Made by a program: the position numbers and the translations under genes. Below the pieces are notes generated by a model. The model saw only the letters and a program-made list of their open reading frames with translations, had not been told where the DNA came from and did no database searches. Positions 13,852 through 27,101 of a stretch of DNA of 64,000 nucleotides are shown here, piece after piece. Numbering within the stretch: the first letter of the stretch is position 1; each line of letters starts with the position of its first letter. The stretch is from Tubiluchus corallicola (lineage: Eukaryota; Animalia; Priapulida): NCBI GenBank assembly GCA_030141605.1, contig JAQGDQ010000337.1, positions 186,001 through 250,000 of the forward strand, written 5' to 3'.

Positions 13852-14150
13852 ATTTTGGTATTAATTAATTTATAGTTTAGAATGGTGATCAACTGTAGGA
13901 AATACTGAGGTATCCTACTAAATGGACTGCCGATTGGCTGTAATGTCCTAAGCAGATTTCCGATTGGCTAGCAAGTATGTGTGAGCAGGCGAAGTGTTTG
14001 AACTTCACTGCTGTAGAGTCCAAACAAGTATACTTCATACAAGAATTCTGATGAGTTCCCCCAAGCAGCTCAAGTCAGAAGCTGATGTCTTGCAGAAGCG
14101 CCTTCTGTGGCCAGCAAGTAAGCAATGGTTTCTTGTAAGTCTTCCCAACA
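13852..14150 (-). other. mbl: 5' UTR portion of the mbl start-codon exon
   Basis: Minus-strand acceptor TATGCTTTTCTCTTGCAG|TGTTGG with AG at 14152-14151, giving a 479-nt exon (13672-14150). Confidence 0.7.
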
Positions 14151-16974
14151 CTGCAAGAGAAAAGCATAGAATAATCAATGTAAACGCACCTTTAGTTTAA
14201 GCCTATATTCAATAAAAACCATGAGAAATTATTGTGAACGCACCTTTAGAATATAAACCTTATAGACATCACAGGTCAGACACCCTTCATTTTCAACCAG
14301 GGAACTAATGGACAGTCACTATATAGCTCTTTGTTTACTTTAAAAATGTAAAAGTTCATCCACCTGACAAAATCAAATTTCAAACGGAAAATTTTCAAAA
14401 ACTGCTTGTCTGTGCCAACAGATTTGGAGCCACTAATGCGCCAGTACAAACACAGTCATTTTTAAAATTTTCTGTATGATCAATACAAGTGAGTAATGTT
14501 ACTGAACTTGTACCAAAAAAAAACGCTTTGTATGAGTATAACAAATACTGCCTACTCTAATTCTACATTGCTTTATAAAATAAATTAGCATTATGACAGA
14601 TTTTGTTTCGAATTAAAAACAAAAGCCCATACAAGAATACTGGCTTGTTTCAATATCACAAATAGTTTATTGCAGTGAAGCATGATTCAGCAATCCAACT
14701 TCCAAACTTCATCTATATGCTACCTTACGTTTTAGCAGACAACTAAAATCAAGAATAAGAAATTAATGATCATGCGGGGGGGGGGGGGTAGTACGGGGTC
14801 CCCTACAACTGCCTTGCATGATGAATGTGAAAAAAACAATATCAGAGACATTAAAGTAGTCACTCGCCATTGACATTTTACATCAATTGAGCAAATATTT
14901 TTTAAATTTACAATTTTTTCGTGTTTCGAGTATGGGAGCAAAATTAAATTTCGCTAGAAATCTGTAAACTATGTTGTATAAATATAATCAATTTACTAAA
15001 TAACTTATCACCGAAGATAGTAATATCATAACGCATTTCAAGCTTTCATCAATTTACGACAAAAAAGAAAAGATTATTTGAATTTAAATTTCATTTTAAA
15101 AACCCATACACGCACACACACAGACACACACATACATATATATGTATGTATAGATAAGTATGTATATGTACATACGTATGCATGTATACATTAAACTTAT
15201 GAAAGGCAAAGACTGAGATATTCCAAGTTTCCACTACAGTATGCAGGCGCTAACAAAATCAATACAACAAATTCCAACATGGCACTAAATGTTACTTAAA
15301 ATCTATCATGTTTCCATTTGCAAATGTAAAATGGAAGACAACACTTAATTTCTGTCGCCATGTTGTTCATTTATTAAGATAATAGTTGAAGACTGTCGAC
15401 GATAATTAATCGAAAAATTAATAAAACTGCGTTACTAACATCACGATTACAAATGTTAAACAGAAATGCCGAAATTTCCAACTGAATTTAAAACGAATGC
15501 AAAAAATTGCGAAGGTACGAACCCGTTAAGCAGAGCAAGCTGTAGATTGTATTACATAAGATCAGCAGACATTATGCAAACATTTCACTGCAAGCCATCA
15601 AGCCATCAAGGATAGAGCAGAAGCGTTTAAACACGTACAAACGCTCTAGCAGCAAAGCAGAAATTGAGAAGCGAGAGCAAAGCGAGTTTTTTAATCAGTT
15701 CAATAAAGTAGAGCAGCGCCATGCGTCGGCCGGAGAAGGAAAGAGTTAAACCGTTGCTTCAGCAACCGGTATTGTTTGAACCTTAACATCATTTCACATG
15801 CAATAAAATTTTAATGAAACAGATGCATAATGGACTAAACTTCTGAAAGTGATTTGTCTTTTCTAGCCTACAAATGAAATTAAGGGACAAACAAGACAGC
15901 ATCAATTACTAGTAACTGTTTGAAAACTAGTAATTATAACTGTTTAAGTTGAAAAACTTTTATACCAGGATTCAACACGAACGTATATACAATGCGAAAA
16001 GATTAGGAAATACAACTCTTGATTTGAGGAATGATACATCGTGGGCAATGGCAGTGGGCAGGAATGCGTGGCGTCATCAGGTGAGGTCGTCATCAAAAGC
16101 GCGTCGCTATTCATTTTACGTCGGATCTCCTTAGATACCTATTGCATTGCAACACTGGTCGCTGAGAAACAGGTGCAACCATGACATATTAATTAATGAA
16201 ACAATCACTCATTGTTCAACAATTTGCTGAACAGTAAGTTAAAATTAATAAATGCGAACGATAATGATGTGATTATAATGATGATAATAACATGTGATTA
16301 TGTTCTTCGTGTGGTCGCAATATGATGCAGGCTTCTGAAAAGGGGTCGCCGTCAACAAAAGGTTGGGAACCACTGTTTTAGAACGTAGAAGCACATAGAT
16401 GATGACGATGAAAGGAACAGAGTTTGATTTTCAGGCTAACAGCGTGGAACTTTAATATGCTACTGTATTTCCTGCTGCAAGTTATGACGTCATTTGGTGC
16501 TAATTAAATATTAATTGTTGATAGCCTATTCTTTTACATACATTGACGTCCTGCAAGCTGGCATGTTGCATTCACTGGCCACCCTGGATGTTGCTTAACT
16601 TAGGCCGCGAAACACAAACTCGGCCATTCACAAGTTAATAGCAAAACGTCGCCCACTCACGAATTAACAAGAAACGATACGAGAAAATATTATATTAATG
16701 ACACAAAAATTTTATTTACTCAACTGATTAGAAAACAGGAAATGCATTTTGATTTCTGTTTAACTGTTAATCCCAAACTAAACGTCTTGCACATGTAGAC
16801 AAAGGCGTGTTTTCACAACAAGTGTTTCCATCTATATTCCATTTATTAGATCAACAGATGTTGCTGCAATTTTAATCTTAACAATGCACAAAAATTTTCT
16901 GAAAACTAAAATAGAAGTTAGAATAATTGGCTAAAGTTTACAATTCCCATACCCAAGAAATTAGTACGTGAGGC

Positions 16975-17030
16975 GGATTAGGATAAAGATTAGAGTTAGG
17001 GTTGGGATTAGGGTTAGGGTTAGTGTTAGA
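16975..17030 (+). repeat. Short degenerate (TTAGGG)n-like tract
   Basis: gttagggttgggattagggttagggttagtgttag. Confidence 0.7.
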
Positions 17031-19338
17031 GTATTAAATTGTGTGTGGAATTGTATGTTTATGTTTATGTTTCTTCATGAAGTGGAAAAATTTCCAAAAT
17101 CATTTTCAATGAAACTGACACTATCGCAACACAAAAATGCTTCTTTGATAAATCCTTGTTAAAAACCGTCCGTTTAACTCAGCTATCATAAATTACAAAA
17201 TATATTTAACCTTGATAAAATGAGAACGAAAAAAACGCTAGCGAGCATTAACTTTCTCTAAACGCTTGTTATTATAGCAGCACTTTTAGCGGTAATTAGT
17301 CAACTTGCTGGCGTGTTTGTGCAAGACATAAATATTTTCTTTGGACAAACAGAATTTTAACAAGTATTTTAAAAGTATTAAATTGTTAAAACAGAATTCA
17401 AGTTAGCAATAACAACAGTATTAGGCTGAGACATTTTGCAGAGAACTTCAAAAATAACTCTAAGGTTCCGGCAAGGTTAAAATTATATGTTGATTTTTGG
17501 CAGCACTAAAAAATTAGCTTGAAATGCAGACTAAACAAATACAAAACTACAAACCTAAGAAATGAAGTTACTCTTGTTCAAAGTTAATTTAGGCGCGCTA
17601 TACAATTTTTTATTGATGTAAATGCGAAGTATCAGCTGAACGAAAGAGAAAATGTTGAGATACTGAACCAGTTCTGATAACGCAAAATCACATTAGTTCA
17701 AAAATTAATTAATAATTTCCACTAACTTTGCTCTGTTGAAATAACTACATTATCTTCTACTGCACTGTACTATTAAATCACTAAACTAATTCAGAACTTA
17801 TGGCATCAACTTTTTCTCAAATTAGCAAGTAACCACATCATGAACTCAAAACTTTTTTAATTCAATTTTAATAAATGACAATTAGCCTTTAAAGCCAATA
17901 TGGACTAAATGAATGTGAATGATTGAATAAAGGAATAAATAATCAAGTACATAAATAAACAAGTCAAAAAATAAACAAATAAATAAATAAAGAAATAAAT
18001 AAGTAAATAAATAAATAAATAATAAATAAAGGACAAAATTGAGCAACAAATGAGTTAGTGAATAAATATTCAAAAACAGAAAAATAATGGAGCACGCGTA
18101 TGAGATGCATTAAAAGCACCATAAGAATAAACAAAACTAACTTTCCTGGTGAATGAGTGTTCGCGTGGAAATGAGAAACAATCGTGCACGAACAAATGGA
18201 AGCCAGCAGAGAGAACTGAAACCGTTGGTTACCATGATTCAGTTTGTGAAGACGCAATAATGTTCAATGGCAACATCATTAAGTCAGACTGACGCCAACA
18301 GAAATACCTTCAACATTTCCATGACAACTCGGGGATGGAAACGGACATGGCTGAATACAACAAAAGGAATTGGATTTTGCTTTCCAACTGATTTACCAAG
18401 CAATTATTAGCCTCTGCCAACGGAGAATTTTCTACTTCTTATTTTGCAAAGTGAAGCTGTTTTTTTTACGGTGACAAACAGGAATGAATAAAATCTCTAG
18501 TTGCTCGCAAGTAATCACGAGGGACTCATTTGTGGAAATAATACAATCCATGAATATCTTTTGTAACTGTAGTGACTTACTGACGTCATTTTGCTTTATT
18601 ATCAAGGGTTAGTGATTCGCAGGAAGTGAGAAACGAGTCCCAGTAGTGCAAGAGGCAAAGTGTAAAATCCGCCCATTACCTTCGTAAATTTTTCTGCATT
18701 TTTAACACGAGACACTGCGGGCGCAATAAAATAAGCACAGTGTACATTGCCAAAAAGAAAACTTCAAATTTTTATTGTTTTTCATGTGTAAACTTCTTGT
18801 GCTGATACCGCAAGTTAAACGTTTGACGGCAACGGAAGACGCGGGCCATACGGACGATTTGGCTGACGTTGTTTGTCCGGCGAGAATACTTCTGGTATTA
18901 TAATTTCCACAATGGACTGTTTTTTATTGATTTTTCTTAGTTAACAAAGAACTCGCAACACGTTTCTTCCATTCCGAACCTTCGTCGCCTAAATGACTCG
19001 CACATAGTACAATCGCACAATCCGTAGATATGCCCTAAAACAGACTAGACCATGCAACTAAGTAATCAACTTTCCGCCGCAACACATTTCCTAGAGAAAA
19101 ACTGTGATAATGATATAATTTTCGTGAATACAGATTAGTTTTTAATGTGTTTTCATTAGAGAAATCAGTGATTCTCAGCAGCCACAAAGCTACAACAGCT
19201 ACTAAATCATCAAATGCGTTATAAACGCGCTACATTCCCATAACGCTCATCCTAATTATACCGCATATTATGATGCAGTGTCTATGTCATTTATAGTAAT
19301 CACGGGAGTTGTAAAAATTCTATAATAAATTGAGAAAT

Positions 19339-19984
19339 TCTAGATGAGAAGAGAATCAGCATTTTCACAGTTTCGTTCTGCGCAAGCGCAGTTGCTGTGG
19401 TGCATCATAGCAACGCGTCTTAACTACAACCGTCACGTGACATGTGTGTAGATGAGAAGAGAATAAGCATTTTCACAGTTTCGTAGTGCACACGCGCAGT
19501 TGCTGTAGGTCAAGTTAAGTGTACCATAGCAACGCGTCTTAACTAGAACCGTCACGTGACGTGTGTGTAGATGAAACGGGAATAAGCATGTTCAGTTTCG
19601 TTGTGCGCACGCGCAGTTGCTGTAGGTCAAAGCTAAGTATACCACAGCAATAAATAATAACTACAACCGTCACGTGACATGTGTACAAAGCGACATCGTC
19701 TGCCGCACCAGTTCAGAAACTTCAGTTGTTTTACGTGGAATTTACTTAATTATGCATTAGTCTGCGTGTAGTATGATTTACTAACACGATCTTGCTTGGG
19801 GAAAAGAAAAAAATGAACTAGGTATGGTCTATTAAAACTTTTACTACTACAAGAGCTTAGGCTGCGAGGCGTTGTCACGTGTACACAAATGCGTTTTGTC
19901 TAGTTCACTTAACCTTTGACCTTTTTTGCGATCATCACCAATCGCTGGAACTGCGAAAAGGCTTATTCGTTCCGCGTTTCTAGA
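19339..19984. mobile_element. Fold-back MITE-like element with a triplicated left unit of about 110-120 bp; related copy at about 53270-53705
   Basis: Left gaataagcattttcacagtttcg is an imperfect inverted match to right ggaactgcgaaaaggcttattc; both ends carry TCTAGA; three tandem units at 19340-19685. Confidence 0.7.
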
Positions 19985-21434
19985 TCTATAGCGTGTAGAT
20001 TTTTAATAATAGGAAACTGCCTACTTAATGGTCAAGTTGACTGCGTAATGGTCACTTGTCACTAACAAGAGTTATCTGAGATGTAAAAGACCCTTTTATT
20101 TTAAGATTTTGCTGCTAAATTTGAGTACAGTGGGGCTTAAATTTGCGTACTTTCTGAGATTACTGGTTCTAACTCTTGGTGGTCTTAAATATTGCATTGG
20201 GATGTTATAACTTAGTATATTAATTTAACTTCACTTTTATGTTACTGGACAGGAAACTTGCTTCATTAACAACCTTGATATTAGCACTGTAAATAATGTT
20301 CTACGCATCGTTAAAAAAGCTAATTACAGAATGTGTAACATTATAGAACACTCTGCCTATGTTAAATTGTATAATGTTTGTACCGAAATTTTTGCGTGCA
20401 AAAAGACGCTAATAAAGACTTATCATTACCATCAACATCATCTTGAAATGAGGCAGCGAACAAGCTCTAGGTTTTGTGTACTAGGCTCCAAGCCAAAGCT
20501 AGATGTAAAAACATCGTTCTTTGTCAATCGTCGAGATAAATTAATTCTAATGTTGTTTTTACATAATTTTGTACGTTTTACCCAAACTAAACGATTACAT
20601 TAGTTAGCATCATATCCTGTCTCAATACCAACCCATTCCATTCTATTCTACTTTGTCTAGGGAGAGGCAGAGTATAAGATGAAACTGCCTAAAAAATTTC
20701 CGGTGGTCAGCCATTCAGTTGTAAAACAGGTCTAGCATTGCGTACTTCGGATGATAAGAACACACCCTGACCACTGGTAAGAATCACATGCATACACACT
20801 ATGCAGCACAGTTTTCTCACTTGCTACTATTTCACCATGAATACGCACACCATTCAGAGCTTGCTGAATGCATGGCATCTGCAAGTAGGTGGAATTAAAC
20901 AAAACCGCGACAGGAAGTTGGGCAGGAAATGCACCAGGATGTCGTCTCGATGCCTAAGTAAGACCACAGCATTAAATCAGATATGCAGTGAAATCAGCTG
21001 CAGATACTGAAGAACAAATCACATTTTTCTCGCACAACTTGTAATATACATTATACCGCAAAATATATATACTTATACAGATATAAACAAAATTATTGCT
21101 TGTAAAATGAAACTCATTTCTTCGTATTTGCCGCAAAATAGCTGCAGTAAATAACGAATTCATGTTCTTCAGTTGAACATATAGTCAGATCTTTTCTCCA
21201 TTATTCATAGTCATTATCTGTAGCTTATTACAGGCTTGCAGCCAGGTTAGCATCCAGCAAACAACTTGCTAGGAGATTGTGTTAAATTTTCTTTACGTAA
21301 ACGTTTATGGGAACATTTATTTCATATATTAGTATTGGTTTATGTTTAAATGCATGTGGAACTGTGTACTTAATCATTGTAAAATTTAATGATTTGCTAA
21401 TTGTTACTTAGTCGTGATTTTTTTTCTTATTAGC

Positions 21435-21600
21435 TAACTGCAAGCTCATATTAGCTTACTACAAGCTCATATTAGCTTACTACAAGCTCATATTATCTTA
21501 CTACAAGCTCATATTAGCTTACTGCAAGCTCATATTAGCTTACTACAAGCTCATATTAGCTTACTGCAAGCTCATATTAGCTTACTACAAGCTCATGTTA
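21435..21600. repeat. 21-bp minisatellite, about 8 copies
   Basis: Unit ACTRCAAGCTCATATTAGCTT. Confidence 0.95.
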
Positions 21601-24600
21601 GACAGGTAATTTGCTAATCTCATGCCTTGCCGTTTAATCAAATTTATTGTTTTTATTCCACATGACTATCGCAGTTTTACTTATTCAATTTTTCCACACT
21701 CTACTCAAATTACGTAATTAAAATGTTCACTGTTAGCGGCATTATTATTTCTTAGCGTCCTATGAGAAAGGTGGCTGATTCGATAACCGTTTGGTTTCCC
21801 CCCATCCTTTCTACATTCTATTTGAATTCTGTTTGTTTTGATTCACATTGTGTTGTACAGCCCAAGAAGATGAAAAACTATCTATCTATCCATCTATCTA
21901 AAGTCCACGTCCCCAACGTAATTTCTCAATCTAAGGACCTGCATAAATATTTTGATGTATAACAAAAAAAATGAATTCCTGACAATAATGGATATATGCA
22001 CTTGTTAAAAACATTTAAAATATTGAAGACTATGTAACTGAGTCTGGAATAACCTTCAATGATGAAAAAGATTTGACCGCTTAGAAAGGCAGTCGCCAAA
22101 ACGACGTTTAAACATAAAACGCAGCCGGCATGTTGGCGATATATATGTACGCGAGCAGCAACTGATTGTAGTGTGCTAGCTAGTCGAGAAACACTTGCGA
22201 GATGTCCATAATACAAAGTAAGACAGTAAGGACGTCCATAGTTTGCAACATAAAATTGTTAGCTTACTTAACGTACATGATGATTTTACAAGTTCTCATG
22301 GAAATTATTAAAAATGAGAAGGTGAGGAAAGGAAAAGATAAGAGAAGAGAGGAGATTATGTTGAGTTTGTTGAAACAAGTGCCCAAGTCATATTTTGCCG
22401 AAATTTACACCACCTGTACATAAACATGAACTAACTTCGTTACATTTCTATGCATCAAAAATGAAAAAGTACTCTCATAAAACATAGGCATGACATAGCG
22501 TTATAAGCAAAAAGTGCCCAAGTTCCACTGGTCAAATTTCAGAGGAGCGCCAAGTTTTACACTTTGCACAACCTCATAACATTATGATTAAAGTTGCGGA
22601 AAATGCAGAGAATTAACAGTTACTCTTCTTACGTCATTCTTTAAAATGAGCATATATGAGGATTTTGGCTTTCTAGTCAGCCAAGTTGCCTATATCCATA
22701 AAACATTATTTTTAAAAATAAACAAATAAATAAATGAAAGAAACAAACAAACAAACAACATGATACTGTTTCAAACTGTCTAATACTCATGTACGATAGG
22801 CATTGTTTGTTTATCTTTAGCCTCTCAGAAGACACGAGTTCGATACTTGTTACATCAGGCTGTTTAAACACTGACTAGAAGGTTTTCCAGATTATTGCAA
22901 AATACATGCATTTCAGTTTTTATTGCTTTAGTTAATAGTCCCAAGTCTCTACCGTGTCGTGTCGCCTCGATCACACTGTGCATTTCGTGCTGTAGAGGTG
23001 AAAAATAAATGCTAATTGATCTGTAACATTGAAATTGTTGTCTCCCAATGCTGTTGTCAGACAATCATGACAAACCGTGGAGGCGTCAAACGTGTAAAAT
23101 GCAGTTGTTGTTATATCTGCATTAATTTTTAATTTACTCGAGTAATACAGTGTGTCACATTTAAGTAATGAGCTGTGACGATATTAACGGTAACAACGCT
23201 ATCAAATATTACCGTATTGCGAATTCACTAAGCAACGTGCAGTACAACAACTACACATAATAATAAGGGAAAACGATTGAAAGTGTTAATGCAATAATAG
23301 TACAGAAGTAAACGTACAGGCCAGAATCTGTATTGGCCTAGAGCAAATGCAACTAGGTAAAAGGAAGAACCTGGTTTATAACGCTTCTGTAATATAAAAT
23401 TCTGTTTCTGTAAGATATTATAAACATTCTTTTCATTTATAAGGGAAGACACACAAATATTCACTAAGCGTATAAAAAATACGTTGAAGAAACCAGGTTA
23501 TTCGATCTTAGCAAAAAAGAAGAGGAAAACAGGAGCAAGAGAAGACGGGGAAAAGCGAAAATGAATGAAGGGAAAGGAAAAAAGAAGGGGAGAAATTAGG
23601 TGATTTTTCTGAACAGCTATTTAAAGTTAAAGACAAAACATACACCTTAGCTGCTGGATGAAAAATGCGAATTCACACCGTGCATCAGCTTCTTAATCTT
23701 ACATATTTCCTATCAATAATAACTCCATATTAACTTTATTATATCATGCTCAAACTAATTCCCCATTAAGCTAACAGACCAAGTTAAAATCACACACAAC
23801 ATCCAGAGTTTTTGAAACGTTATTAATGTTCTAGACGTGTTAACTAGAGTCACTGCGCAGATTTTCGCACTGTGTTAAAACTTAGAAGCTATCGAAAACG
23901 CATAACACATTGTGCAATATTTTTGTACTGTTTTTGCAATATTTTTGTAATGTTCTTTATTTTATTTTGTGAACTACTTCGGAAATAACTAATAGTTTTG
24001 TAATTGTTGTTATCCACGTTAATAAAAATAAAAAGCCAAGGCTCTCGGGAAGTTGAGTTTACTTTAATATTTGAGAAAAACGGCTTCACATTTAACCACT
24101 GAATCCATCCAACAGCTGTAATTAAAGTGGAACAACTCTACCCTCTGTACTGATCTCACTATTCTCCAATCCTGGGATCATTTTTTACCTGATTAACTCA
24201 AGAATGTACCATGCGAAAGTTTATGTTGCAATAAGTTATCGTACGAGCACATTTACCAGAGCTAATCGTATCAATCATTCAAACAGTTACGCACCTCGCA
24301 TGCACTATCATCTCGTAAATTAGACCGTAATTATCATAATGATGATTATATCTGTCATCTGATGCAGCCATTTTATACGCGTCATTTCAGCCAATGATAA
24401 AGCGCAGGTCGCTATGACCCATTGAATTGATTTGTATGTGTAATGTTGCCAGTTTGTTTAATCAAACTACCTTTTAACATCTTCTTTGTGGTGAAAGGCG
24501 TGTCACATTCAGGCATTTTAGTTGTATGTCTGTCACTGTATTTACCTGGACGGGGAGCATAGCTAGTGATCAATGTTCGACGAAAGTCAGGCAACGTCAA

Positions 24601-26521
24601 AGTTAATCAGTGGATGGATGATTTACTGCCTGGTTCAACATCTGCTCTGGGGGCTGCATTCGCCATAATAATTCTAGCTGTTTACTTCATAAGGAATAAA
24701 ATATGTTCATCTGAAAGTGGGTAAGACACCTCTGTCTGTATAAAGTCTCGTCGCAGATTCGCAGATGATTATCCTTGATAATGAAGGAGGTTCCAATGCA
24801 GCCACAACCGGTATGTCCAGCCATTAAATAGTGGATTCGAATTGTACAAAAAATGTACTGAAAGTACGTTTAAATTTTAGTGTACAATGTATACACGTAT
24901 TTCTTTACAGGAATTGCGTTTTCAGGTTTTGCGTTTTATTAAAGCTGTAACTAGTGTGAAATTGCTCTTTGGCTGTCTTGTAATTTTGCGCTAACTGTCG
25001 TCTGTAAGGTCAATAAAATTACATTTGAAATACAGTGTCTGTAACATTACGTCACGAGCATGCGTAGACGACAATACTTGATGATGTGGCTTCAACGCTG
25101 CCGCAAACAATTGCTTACAATGCCTAGCATGGCAGGTAAAGCCTATCACACCTGTGTTTGTACGCAATACACACGCGGATCAATCAAACGTAATTTATTG
25201 TACACAGTCAGTAATTATTAATACTGCGTGAGCAGTTTGACTAATCAACTAATATTACTATGCATGCATGATACAAAAATCTTCAAAAAATATTTCACCA
25301 AGAATAAAAAGCAGGTGAATTTCTAGAGTCAAAAACTTAAAAAGCCATTTTTGTAACGCACAGCGCCTAAAATTACAGCCAGGGAGTGATCCCGTTCCTG
25401 ATTACTGAACTCACTAATTGATGGGCATAACTATCAATTTACTGGAATAAACACGTACATAACCTATCTACCCGATACGCTTTGTTAGAAATATCAATAA
25501 ATCTGTGCATTATATAAAGGATTGAATTTACTCGAATTAAGACGTATATAACCTATCTACCCAATAAGCTTTGTTAGTAATATCAATAAATCTGTGCATT
25601 ATGTAAAGGATTAATTAATTAAACTGCATCTACGAAGACCAGAGTTAGCAAAGCAAGAACCGCAGACTCGAGCTGCTTGAGACTTGGAGTCGATCGAGAC
25701 TGCCATCAAAAGACCAAAATCTGCAAACTGTACAAAATTCTACCAGAAAGAAAATCGACAACTTAACGCAATGCCAAAGTAAAACAACTAATGATTGGAA
25801 AACACAAATTTCTAAGAGCTTGTATGGTTACTTTCAATCACTGTTTTAAAGTGACGTACCTTCAGCTTTCGTGAAGTCTGCAATCGTATAAAATTCTGAA
25901 GACTTATCTAGTTCTTAACCTGTCTAGTTCTTGACCTGAAGATTTATCTAGACCTGCCTAGTTCTGATAGAAAATTTTAACAAATTCGTTGTAGTAATGA
26001 GCTCGCCGGGAGAAAATTTAAAATAAAATAGCAGAAAATTAAAGTGTTGTCAAAATTTAGTTCTGTGATTATCACTTCAGCAATCCTACACATAGTCAAT
26101 CTGGCGCTGATCCTGTTTTATTTTTTCCAGAATTTTAAAGCTCAAGGGAAAGGGTTTAAAACATTCCTAGGAAACTCAGTGTGACAATTGTTAGCCGCCC
26201 CCTCTACAATTCTAAACGTTCACAATACCTATAATCAAGTTTCGTATAATAAAAAAGCCGTTGTCATGATATTCCTACAGGCTGGAAGAAAGTCTAGGAC
26301 AAACTGACACTATAAAGCTAGTGACGCGGAAATAGAAAGAGAGCTGCATTATCCAGCTTTACGTAATGGCGTCGCATTCTTGCAGGGCACATTCTTTCTA
26401 CTGAAGGTCTCAAGTTGATTAAACAGCGTGATAAAGTTAAAATACCGTCAGTTTAAGAAAAACAAACAACTTTTTGTAAATAAAATTACTAGAAAAGAGA
26501 AAACGCGAAAGCTGTAAATCA

Positions 26522-26590
26522 GCTTGGACTTGAACCAGGTACCTCACGCTGCGTGTTACGAGACCCACTTCACTTGACAACCGACTTGCC
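26522..26590 (-). mobile_element. Degenerate tRNA-derived SINE head
   Basis: Minus strand ...gaggtacctGGTTCAAGTCC B-box with a degenerate A-box upstream. Confidence 0.45.
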
Positions 26591-26735
26591 CCGACTGCAT
26601 CTGACAACATCCCACTTTGTTGTCCAACAAAATCAGATGAAAATCGTGTAAATCGGGCCTAAAACAGAGCAGCCAATTGCTTTACAGTGAATATATATGT
26701 GTTAGCGTGTATAGCCATTGGCTAAATTAACTTTT

Positions 26736-27101
26736 CAGGGTTCCCACAGAATTTTAAAATAAATTTCCCCGACTTTTCCCAAACCAAATATTGAATTTCA
26801 ATGACAAAGATAAGCAGAAATTGAATTACCAATTGAATACATTTTTGTGTATGGACATTCATTATTATTGGAACAGAAATCGAAACTGGGAGCCTGCGCC
26901 ATAGCAACATTTTATTTAACCACGAATCGTTCAAAAATTTGTCTGGAAAAATTTCGGTCCGCGACGATTTTTTTTGCAACCCTTTCCAATGTCGCCGACT
27001 TTTCGCCCCATTTTCATCATTTCCCCCGACGTTTTACCAAATTATCTTTTCCCTGACCTTTCCATGACTTTCCAGAATTTTCCCTGATCGTGGGAAATTA
27101 A
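26736..27101. mobile_element. hAT-like MITE remnant
   Basis: Starts CAGGGTTCCCAC, has subterminal TTCCC(T/C)GAC repeats and a degenerate right end GTGGGAA. Confidence 0.55.

Noticed and set aside
16340-16375. hAT-Charlie right end (AGGTTGGGAACCACTG)
   Set aside because: No matching left end or TSD found; too fragmentary to delimit.
16975-17030. Telomere or chromosome fusion site
   Set aside because: Only a few degenerate TTAGGG units in a single orientation.
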